Source: Octopus bimaculoides (taxonomy: Eukaryota). Taken from it: DNA of 63,962 nt. This document shows positions 30,323 through 42,239 of the stretch, in pieces. The first letter of the stretch is position 1. Each line of letters begins with the position of its first letter. Both the position numbers and the translations under genes were made by a program. Below the pieces are notes generated by a model, which was not told where the DNA came from, did not search any database, and worked only from the letters and a program-made list of their open reading frames with translations. Location: assembly GCF_001194135.2 (NCBI RefSeq), contig NC_068981.1, positions 8,230,172 to 8,294,133 on the forward strand, read 5' to 3'.

Positions 30323-33300
30323 CACAATATCTAACTAAAAAGCATCATTTGAGCATGGTTGTTGCCAGTGCCGTCTGACTGGCTCCCGTGCCAGCAGCAC
30401 ATAAACAACACCATTTGAGTGTGGTCGTTGCCAGTGCTGCCTGACTGGCTCCCATGCCGATGGCACATAAAAAAGCACCATTCAAGCGTGGTCGATGCCA
30501 GTGGAACATAAAAAGCACCCATTACACTCTTGGAGTGGTTGGTGTTAAGAAGGGTATCCAGCTGTGGAAACTTCACCAGATCAAATTGGAGCTTGGTACA
30601 GCCTTCTGGCTTGCCAGCCCTCAGTCAAACCATCCAACCCATGCCAGCATGGAAAGCGGATGTTAAACAGCAATGATGAGGATGATATATATATTAAAAT
30701 GTATCTTTTGTGTAAATTTCTTATGATTAGTTTTTGTTATTTATTTTTTTAAGGTCAAAGAACACAAACGAAAGATAAAGAAAGAGGCCAAAAAGAATCC
30801 AATAAAACACAGAAGTAAGTTTCATTTAATTAATGGAACTAATTAATATTTGCCAATTGTTTCCATTTGTTACTTATTGTTTCTCAGTTAATAATTCTTT
30901 TAATATGTGTGAAAGGTGGGACATATTAATTAGTTAATAACTTTATATGGGACATTAATTAATGAGATTGTTAGTTTATAACACAAGTAACCACTTTGTA
31001 CGTGGCTTAGTGGTTAGGCAGGTTTGGAAAGTGATTCCTTGCAGATAATTGGGTAAAATCAACTTTCTTCTGCCATGAAGAACAAAAGTGGGGAAGGGGG
31101 AGCATGTTTGATTCTTTTCTCTTTTTTTTTTTTCATTTTTTTTCTTCCCCTGCCAGAATGGGTTGGACAAAGACTTGAAACAGAATCCTGTGGCAGGGCA
31201 CCCTTCCTGTCACCAACAATTGTTTTGTTTTTGAAAGTGTAGAACAACAGGATGTGTTGTCTACAAGGAAAATCATCACTGTTTTATTTCACTCAGTTTA
31301 TTTCGCTCAGGTGGTGGTGACATGTGAAGATAGAAAATGAAAACAGCCATTCTTAGACACACGCAAATCTGTGTATATATTCTAGGTACAGGTACACAAC
31401 TATGTGGTCGTAGCGAGCAGCAAGCAATTCGTAAAAGGCAGTAATGTTGCCTGAACAAGTATAATTCTTGGTTTCCCGTTGGTTAAAATTACTGCCCATA
31501 TTTGAATTCTAAACTTTCATCAGAGAGAATTCTTCCACGAAATACGGTTCTTAGAATTCAGGTATGAGCAGTTATAAAAACCCTGATTTTTGGGAAATTA
31601 ATCAGTGATCATTGGTTGTAAATTGACTCCACGACACTCACCCCTTTGAGATATTGGCTATTTTTATGCCATCTATTACTTAAATCCAACAAGATTTATT
31701 TGAATTGTTGTATAAACTCTGATAGTTAGGAATTAGGTAGTAATAAATTTATGTTGTAACTCTCTACGACAAATTCCAAATGTACTGTAAATATTAAATG
31801 TATATAAATGTTAATGAAATTTACTTCTGCAGTTATGAAACTGTTTTTTATAGCCGTGAAATAGAACACAAACTTATCTTCAACATACATGCACATTCAA
31901 CATTTCTGTTAAGCGTCTTGATAGGAATTTTAACAATGTTTCGTGGTCTGCTACCACAACAGCTCCTTTATAGGATCCAGTTAGCTCAAGACATCATCAA
32001 CATACATGCACATTCAACATTTCTGTTAAGCGTCTTGATAGGAATTTTAACAATGTTNNNNNNNNNNATATATATATTTCACTATGGTGTTTGTGTAGCT
32101 TGATTTGAGATTTATGTATAGTGATAATACTTGTAATACTTGTAATTAAGTTATAAGTGATGGGTTTATCAATATAGATTCCTACTCAAGAAATGAAATA
32201 TATTTATTATCTCTTCCAAATAGAAACTGTACAAATAAGATAAGACACCATTATAAAAGTAGTGGTACCCAATCAGCCATTATAACAATCCCATCATTAT
32301 ATACTTATCAAGTTTATTTTGCAACCACTTGGTCTTGGGTTCAGTTCCTTTCTGCAACACTTAGAGCATTGTCTATTACTGTCTCAGGTCGACCAACGTC
32401 TTATGAATTTAATAGCTGGAGACTGTATGGAAGCCCATTGTGTGTTAGTGGAGGGCGAGGTGGTTGAAAGTTGTCATTTCAACTCCTCCCATGAAATCAT
32501 CTGAACAAAAACAATGTTGTTTCTAGTGAGCATTATTGTCCAGAGAGCTATTTTTCCTCTCAAGGTAGTGAAATAAAACTAATTAATCTCTTTAATTCAT
32601 TACTAAATAGATCTTTAATAAATACTGTTCCCAGTTTCCAACTTATTACTTGAGATATTAAATTCTATTAAAGTTGAAAATCGAAGACAGAAAACATCAT
32701 CATCATCGTTTAACGTCCGCTTTCCATGCTAGCATGGGTTGGACGATTTGACTGAGGACTGGTGAAACCGGATGGCAACACCAGGCTCAAGTCTAATTTG
32801 GCAGAGTTTCTACAGCTGGATGCCCTTCCTAACGCCAACCACTCAGAGAGTGTAGTGGGTGCTTTTACATGTCACCCGCATGAAAACGGCCACGCTCGAA
32901 ATGGTGTCTTTTATGTGCCACCCGCACAAGCCAGTCCAGGGGCACTGGCAACGATCTCGCTCGAAAATCCTACGGGAGCCAGTCAGGCGGTACTGGCAAC
33001 GGCCACGCTCAAAATGGTGCATCTCATGTGCCACCCGCACAAGAACCAGTCNNNNNNNNNNNNNNNNNNNNNNNNNNNNNNNNNNNNNNNNNNNNNNNNN
33101 NNNNNNNNNNNNNNNNNNNNNNNNNNNNNNNNNNNNNNNNNNNNNNNNNNNNNNNNNNNNNNNNNNNNNNCCCGCACAAGCCAGTCCAGGGGCACTGGCA
33201 ACGATCTTACTTGGCTTGCTGGGTCTTCTCACGCACAGCACATTTCCAAAGGTCTCGGTCAGTAGGCATCGCCTCAGTGAGGCCCAATGTACGAAGGTCT

Positions 33301-36300
33301 TGCCTCACCACCTCAGCCCAGGTTTTCCTGGGCCTACCTCTTCCACGGGTTCCCTCAACTGTTAGGGTGTGGCACTTTTTCACGCAGCTATCCTCATCCA
33401 TTCTCACCACATGTCCATACCAGCGCAATCGTCTCTCTTGCACACCACAACTGATGCTTCTAATGTTCAGCTTTTCTCTCAAGATACTTACACTCTGACG
33501 GGTATTCACATTCATCTGGCAATGAAACCCAAAAAGTAAAAATACTTTGTGCAAACAGGAACCTCTCTCTAGAATGAGGCTAAACTTTGTTTCTCATACA
33601 GAAGAGTGCTTAGTTCCAATTCTCAGCTGCAAACAACAGCAACAAAAACACTTTTTGGAAAATGTAATGAAATTAAAAGAGAAATAGTTAAGAGGGTCTA
33701 AGAAGAAGGTTCCAGGTATTGGCATTTTAGGTGGGTCTTACTGGGAAATTAAATAAACAAAACAGACACAGTAGCTTGGTGTAGTCTTCTACCTGGCCGG
33801 CTCCTGTCAAACCATCCGACCCATGTCAGCATGGAAGGTGGACGTTAAATGATGATGATGATAACCTGGCCGCATATTGTTGAAATTGTCAAAATGTATA
33901 TTTCTCTTATATTTCAGAGAAAAAGAAAGATATAGGAATTCCTAACAGTCTGCCTTTCAAAGAAACGGTTCTGAAACAAGCTGTGGAATGGAGGGAACAG
34001 GTACGTTTGATTAATTTTGTCAGTAATCTACACTCACAATTGTAATTTTGTGGTTCTCTCATGGAGATGTTGTGATTTGATGTGATGACATATATTCTTT
34101 GCGAAGAAGTTGTCAGCATTATTTTGACCATTTGTTGTGACTATTTACCAGATGCGAGTTGCCAAAGAAGAGAAAAGACAGGCGGAACGAGAACAACTTG
34201 TAAATAAAGCAAGAAATCTTCCAGAAATTTCTGCCAAAGTCAAGCAGAATCCACAAGAAGTAGTTTACAGGGTAAGTTGAATATTTATGTAAATTTTATG
34301 CCATGTTAGACGATTCATACTTCATTTCTTTCATTAATCGAAATAAAAGTCATGTTGAGAATTACACAAATACAATTCATTTTCTTTCCTAATTTCTTTA
34401 CGAAACCGTTCTTGTATGTCTGGAAACAAATATCTACAGGTGTGGGTGTGTCCCACTAGTTTACTTCTCAATCATGAGATGCTGGGTTCACTCCACTGCT
34501 GTGTGGCTTTTTAGCCCTTTAGCATTTAAACCGACCATATCAAGCCAAAATATTCTACCTGTTTCATGTTCTAACTGGCCAGATCTGGCCTCTTTAGCTT
34601 ACCCTACAAAACAGTCACATCTTTGAAATCTCAAAGCTACGAGATATTTCATGGTTGATTCAAAAACAGTGTCAACAGATAAGTATTACAGTTCTATATT
34701 TAAGAGATCAGGAATTATGTACATTATTTACATTTGACGAATATTTGTCCTCATCTTGTTTGTTGTCAATACGTTTCGGCTGATGTACCCTCCAGCCTTC
34801 ATCAGGTGTCTTGGGGAAATTTTTAAAAAATACCTTAGGAATGAGAACCCAGGTTTGAAATTTCTCCAAGACACCTGATGAAGGCTGGAGGGTATATCAG
34901 CCGAAATGTTGCATTTAAAAACAAACAAGATGAGGACAAATATCCATCAAGTGTAAATTAGCATTACTTTGGGCAGAATAATCTGGATGTTGAAGGCTTC
35001 TTCTAAAATTAGGTTGAGAGTACCTGAACATGGGCCCAGCAAATGAACTGAATCCAGAATGGAAAAGGCCATTCTAATGACACACAGTGTCAGGCCAATT
35101 ATGTAAAGGGTAGACGTTTGCCTATGGAATATTCAACCACTTTGATCTACAATTGAGTGTATTAAGTATTTATGTCCATAGATTGAACAACACTGACTGC
35201 TGAAATCAAATGACAGGAGAGAAGGGCTTGACAAAATCAATCTCGTCCTCCACCGACATTGCCATGCAGCCAATGCCATCGACTCCTCTACACAAGAATT
35301 GGTCTACAGAGTCATCAGCAGCATCACCATAAAGGAATAAGGGAAGCAAAGAAGAAACTGAATTCTTGGATGCATGATAAAGCCAATGACGAGGCCAACC
35401 TCACCGCAACTATGCAAGGAATTACTGATTCTGTGCTGGGTGGGGACTGGCATGCCAAAGAAGAGACCCAACGTTTCGTCTGTAAAAGACAACTGGAAGA
35501 GATTGGGGTAGGATTTGCTCTCTAGCATCATGACACCCTCACCAGCAGGGTCTACCCAAAATCAGACCCATGGGTTGGAGGGTGGTCGCCTGAGTGGTGC
35601 AGAGGCATCATCAACCACAAGTTGTAGGGAGTCACCAACAAACGGTGGATGCAGCGATGCATTGTTACAGCACATGCGTGCCCCCCCCCCCCCATATGTA
35701 CTACTACTATTGATTATGTAATCTTTTAGGGTTCTGTTCATGGAATTGTTTATTGTAAGAATCTACTTGTGACATTCAAACAGGAATTGCTTTGTGCAAG
35801 ACCTGGTGCTTCTGGAAGTTCCTCCCTGGTTAACAGACACATATGAAGCCAAAACAATTCCTGCTGGATTGCAACTTGCCAGGTTTGACTGAAGACTTCT
35901 TGTTGTTTGTGAATTCCTCAACACTGCATACATCTTCTTTACTGTTTTCAGCCGCAAGGTCTGTCTGAAGTCTACAAAATTTTAGCAGATCGTGAATATA
36001 AAGAGCCAAAAAGATCTGTTGAAAATTCTTTGAAATGTTACTATAAAGAATTCAAGAAGGTAAGTCTTTAATTATCATGCCGTCATCATCATCATCATCA
36101 AACATCCACCTTCCATGCTGGCATGGATTTGATGGTTTGACTGGGGGGCTGGCAAGCAGTGGGGCTGTTTCAAGCTAAAATGTCTGTTCTGGCATGGTTT
36201 TTACAGCTGGATGCCCTTCCCAATGCCAACCACTGTATAATGTGGACTGATGGCTTTTTCATACCACCACTTACAGAGGTGTGGTGAGTTTTTTTTCCCA

Positions 36301-39300
36301 TGGTACCAACATTAGTGAGGTTGCCATGGAATTTGCCAGACAGAAAAAGAACAGATAAGGAGGCGAAAGAGAAGAAAGGCTCTGACTATTTAGGGAAAAG
36401 CTTCTCATTAATGGTTTCCAGAGCTTCTTTTCTGTTGGAAACTAGTCTCTCCCTGGATACTTCCATTGTAAGCTCATCATAACATTACATAACAGCCTCT
36501 TCATCATTTTACATTCACTTTGCAGGCCTGGCTGAGTGGTAATAAACTTGCTTCCCAACCACATCGTCCTGGGTTCAATCCCACTGTACAGCACCTTAGG
36601 GAAGTGTCTTCTATAGCCTAGTGCTGACCAAAGCCTTGACAGAAACTGAAAGAAGCCTGTTGTGTATATTTATATCTATAATTATTTGTGTGTTGGTTTG
36701 TTTACATTCCCATAACTGAGCAGTTTGGCAAAACAGACCAATAGAATAAGTACCAGGCTTGAAAAAAAGAGTGCTGGGGGTTGGCTTGTTCCACTTAAAA
36801 TTCTTCAAGATGGTGCCCCAGCATGGCCGCAGTCTAATGACTGAAACAAGTAAAAGCTAAAAGCTAGCCTTGGCTGCACAAGTCAGTTCTTGCATTGCTG
36901 CCTTCCTTCAGGGCTGGAGGACCTTGTCTCTTGTACTATCTTCCATATTTAGCATGGCCACCCCCCACCCCCCCCTTCAATGCCTCTCTTATTACCAACC
37001 ATTTCATGAGAGCGAATGCATTGACGACGTTCTGTTGTGCTTCAGACATGTCGTGTCCCCAGCAACTCTCTCTCTCTCCTCTTATCCCGCATCAGTCGTG
37101 GATCACTGATTAGATGCTGACTTACTTGACATCAGATATCTTAATCTCTCCCTCTCTTATTCTTTTACTCCTTTATTTATTTCAGTCATAAGACTGCGGT
37201 CATGCTGGGGCACTACCTTGTAGCGTTTAGTGGGGCAAATTAACCTCTGTATTTTTTTTTTAAGTCTGGTACTTATTCTGTCAGCTTCTTTTGTTGAACC
37301 ACTACGTTCCAGGGACATAAACACACCAACACTGGTTGTCAAGCAGTGGAGAGTAGGGGGGACAGACGCACACACACACAATGGGCTTCTTTCAGTTTCC
37401 GTCTACCAAATCCACTCACAAGGATTTGGTCAGCCCAAGGCTATAGTAGAAGACATTTGCCAAAGGTGCCATGCAGTGGGACTGAACCCAGAGCCACGTA
37501 GTTGGGAAGCAAACTTACTACTACTACTACTACACAACCACTCCAGCACCAGGCTTCCATGCTTTGACAGGAGCTGGCCAACCACTTTACAGTGTGGACT
37601 GGATGCTTTTTAAGTGGCACCTGCACTGACAGGGTCACCAAGTAACCTGCAAGACAAAATCTCTTTTGAAAGGGGAAGGGGCATTGGAGGAGGAGATCTT
37701 GTTTTTTGATGATGAAAGATTACAGTGAGACAGAGAGACAGAAACAGGTGTCTCGCTGTAGAAGATGTATAAAGTTACCCAGCCGGGAGAGTGGGGAGAG
37801 AGAGATCAGGAATGAGGACAGAAACAAGTGTGCTGTCGCAGAGGAGATACATGGTTACCCAACCTGAGGTAAGTGCAGGAGAAGGAGAGAGAGAGATAGT
37901 GGGAGACAGCAGGATAGAGAAGGTGGCAAAGTGCCAGGCAAACTCACAGGGGACAAGTATCAGAATATAGATGAGAATATATATTTATTTTTGCTGTTGT
38001 TTTTCTTCTGGTTTCTACCACACCTCTGTTTTTACTTCTTGCTCTACATTTGTATGAAACCCTTTGTGAATCTCTGAAGAGGCCTAGCGGTTCGGGCATG
38101 TAACCCCATTTCAAAATGTCATCCGATAATCACTCCGGCAAGGAATATTCGGATAGAATGGGGCTTGCTAAAACTAGGCCGAAACAGCTGTAAGATTAAA
38201 CTTCTGTTCATCCTCTAATTCCTTATGTACTTTGTACTTCTATATGTAAACCAGGTTGGCAAAATAACATAGTCTGCCATAGACACCTGTGCTTTGGTTC
38301 TTTCTTTTTTTGTCATTTTTGCTATGAATTCAACGGGATACATTGTCTGCAAGTAGTTGGGTTCAGCATATTATCCTCCATTTTCTAATTGTTATATTTA
38401 TGTAGGTTTCAGCATGTGCATGCACATGTGTATTTGCCTCCTGCTCCAAAGCATACTGCTGTCTCCCAAACAGGCTGAATGTCCAGTCAGCCACACCAAA
38501 TCATCTCATTTCACTCCTACTTTGCCTCCATTCGGTTGCTCTTTAATACAAGAGGGTTGCCTCAGTCTTGGCAGAGTGAGATGGTGATAGAGAAGAGCTA
38601 GGATGATTGGGAGTGAAGGGGTGGTAAAAGAGAGATAAAATGAGAAAGAGGGTATGATGGTAGGAGGCTGAGTGAATCATATATTTCTGAATTGGTCAAT
38701 TAGACAATGATACCCTCCTATGTGAGGGGTCACTACATCACCTGTTCTCTTCACTACAAGAATCTTTGTTGGTTTGGCATCACACAACCCCAACATCCTT
38801 TTATCATTAAAATAATCAAGAAACAAATATCTTCTGGCTGTTGTACCTGATAAATTTAATATGGAATGATCAGGCTCTGTAACCCAGATTTGAGGATCAA
38901 CGAAAATGGTTGAGTGACCCCCCCCCCNNNNNNNNNNNNNNNNNTACCAACAGCTACCAGTTCCATATACAATATGTAGATACTTTCTTTTTAATGCCTG
39001 CTCCTTTCTGTTGACTATCACCAGAGTGATACGTCTGTAAAGTTGAACACTAGAAAGTATTAAGACATGTTGCATTAAACAAACTCAACATTAATATAAA
39101 GAATGGATAGTTTTTAGGTTTAAATCTAGTTAACCCTTTCGTTGACATATTTATTTTGAAATATGTTGCTTTTCGTCATCATTTAATGTCCGTTTTCCAT
39201 GCTGGCATCAGCTGGACAGTTTGACAGGAGCTGTACCATGTACTACCGACTATTTTGGCATGGTTTCTACAGTTGGATGCTCTTCCTAATGCCAACCACT

Positions 39301-42184
39301 TTACAGGTTGTACTGGGTGCTTTTTATGTGGCACCAGCACCATTAGAAGATATTTTAAACTATTTACTGTTCTATTTCTAAATTATGATGTGACATTTTC
39401 AAAACACAAACAGGTTATCATGTGGCATTTCATTGAATAATTATGTTTGCTTAATTTTCATAATAAATATTTTTCTGAAACTTTCTTTTTAAAAAGGTGA
39501 TTGACCAAGCTGATGTAATTCTGGAAGTTTTAGATGCTCGCGACCCACTTGGTACCCGCTGTAAAGAAGTTGAAGAAGCCGTCATCAGTTCTGGTCTCAA
39601 CAAAAAGATTGTTTTAGTTCTTAACAAAATTGGTAAGTGGGGCTGCTTGAATACATTGCTCATCATATTTCTAATGACAGACACTTCCTATATGTTTCAA
39701 TTAATTTAGGAAAATAACAACTTAAGCTAAGATTTGGGTTATAACTGCAAGATGCTTAAATATAATTATGATGGAAGGGGTTAATTTAAATAACCTATTT
39801 GTACTTTGAGGATACACCCTATCGCCACCATCTCTTTCCTTTATTTCCAGCTGAAGTGGCTATGTGAATCCTCTACAATAAGACACTTGTTCCTGTCTCA
39901 CTGTCACACTTTAAGCCCTTCAACACCTAGCGTAAAGTCGCCTTCCTCAATAGCTTCACTGTCTTGTCAGTTCCTGTCAAACTCTCCAACCCACACCTTT
40001 GTGGAGCATGGACATTAAGCTATGATGATGATGACGATGAATTTTCAACCAGAGGTCTCGGCTGGTTTTGCGTCAAACAAGTGAAATTGTTTGTCTTTTT
40101 GTTGTGTCCAAAGAGGAAAATTTAATAGTTCTGTTGGTCAAAAGAACTTTTTGTATTGTGTTAAACAAGCTGGGAAACTCATTCTACCACACATAAGAAA
40201 GTTTTTGGAGACTGTTGTAGCAATATTTGAATTTAAGGAGAATCATATATTTCTGAATTGGTCAATTAGACAATGATACCCTCCTATGTGAGGGGTCACT
40301 ACATCACCTGTTCTCTTCACTACAAGAATCTTTGTTGGTTTGGCATCACACAACCCCAACATCCTTTTATCATTAAAATAATCAAGAAACAAATATCTTC
40401 TGGCTGTTGTACCTGATAAATTTAATATGGAATGATCAGGCTCTGTAACCCAGATTTGAGGATCAACGAAAATGGTTGAGGGACCAACTGATGAGTATTT
40501 TTGTGGTGTCCCCTGATTCAACAAGATTTGAACTCAGCCGTACATATTAACAAAATATTTTACATTTATTACTCCTGCTGACAGTGGCAAAGCTGATTAT
40601 GTTTTTCGCTAGGTTGCCTGGGCTATTTGACTGTCAAGTACAAGGCTTGTTTGCCCTATCAAATTCACCATCCATACGACCATTCATGATGTCTAGCCAA
40701 TCTTAGCTGCAGTGATCACTTTATGTGGAGTTCCATAGAATTCTGTAGAAACTCTGCTGGTATTGAAACAGTCCTGTTTAAACTGGAATTGGTGTAAATC
40801 TTTTACTTGCAGATCTTGTTCCACGTGTAAATATCGAAGCTTGGTTAAAATATCTGAAAAACGAATTCCCTACTGTTCCCTTTAAATCTTCTGTACAGAA
40901 ACAAAAATCAAAGTTGGTAAGATCCTTTCCTTGATTTCTTTTTGAAAATAATTTATAAGCAACCTCATTACTCTTGGTTTTATTTTTTTATAAAGAGGAT
41001 CTTTTTCTTGATTTTTTCAGTTTCTACAGAATGTTTCATTTACTTGGCTCGTCATGCTTATTTTGGAGAAAATATTAAGAAACATGTCATTTATCTGTTT
41101 TGTTTTTTTCTCTTTTTTCTGACAGCTATATGTCCTTATATGGAGCTTTTTTATCTGTGAACTAACAAATACTAAGATTGTGTGCCTTAATCCTTTCGTT
41201 ACTGCATTTATTCTGAGACGCTCTGTGTTTCTTTCAATTACTTTGAAATATAGCATAGAATTTAGTAGTAAAATAACTTAGTTATCATTCAGCTTAGTGT
41301 TAGGAACATAAATTGTGACTAAGGTTTGGTGGAAGATTTTAATTCAAAACTTATGAAAACAAGACATTTGTACTCAGAGCCAGAGACAGTTTGAGCCGGG
41401 TGGGTATCAAAAGGGTTAAACATTTATATTGATGATATTAAAATACAAATAACTTTTTAAACTATTTCAAAGATGGCCTTATCTAGATGACTTCAGCTCA
41501 TTTGATTTTTGATCTGTTTACTGTGCTTTGAAGTTCTCTGCTGATAAATGTCTTCTTTTTTTTTTTTNNNNNNNNNNNNNNNNNNNNNNNNNNNNNNNNN
41601 NNNNNNNNNNNNNNNNNNNNNNNNNNNNNNNNNNNNNNNNNNNNNNNNNNNNNNNNNNNNNNNNNNNNNNNNNNNNNNNNNNNNNNNNNNGGGTGGCACA
41701 TAAAAGACACCATTTCGAGCGTGGTCGTTGCCAGTATCGTCTGACTGGCCTTCGTGCAGGTGACACGTAAAAGCACCTACTACACTCTCTGAGTGGTTGG
41801 CGTTAGGAAGGGCATCCAGCTGTAGAAACTCTGCCAAATTTAGATTGGAGCCTGGTGTTGCCATCCGGTTTCACCAGTCCTCAGTCAAATCATCCAACCC
41901 ATGCTAGCATGGAAAGCGGACGTTAAACGATGATGATGATGATGATCTAGACATTGTTCATAATACATCTTACAGTTGTGTATTGCCTTCAGCAATGGAC
42001 ATATTCCAAGCTTCTTTGTCATGGGTTGAAAATTTTGTCTTTTTTTATTTACTTTGACTTTGCTTTCTACTCTTAGGATCTAATTAGTGACAGAGACTTA
42101 GTTCAAAGACTCCTAAATCATTTCACCACACACTTTGCAGCTTTCAAAGTCTTTCACCTAGAAACATGTATGTATGTATGTATG

Positions 42185-42239
<55 letters not shown>

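Noticed and set aside
31880-32057. Tandem duplication of about 60 bp as a functional repeat
   Set aside because: Runs into an N gap; probably a local assembly overlap or TE fragment
38677-39075. Minus-strand ORF repeated at 40243-40524 as a nested gene
   Set aside because: Arises from the 240-bp duplicate; no recognisable domain or splice support
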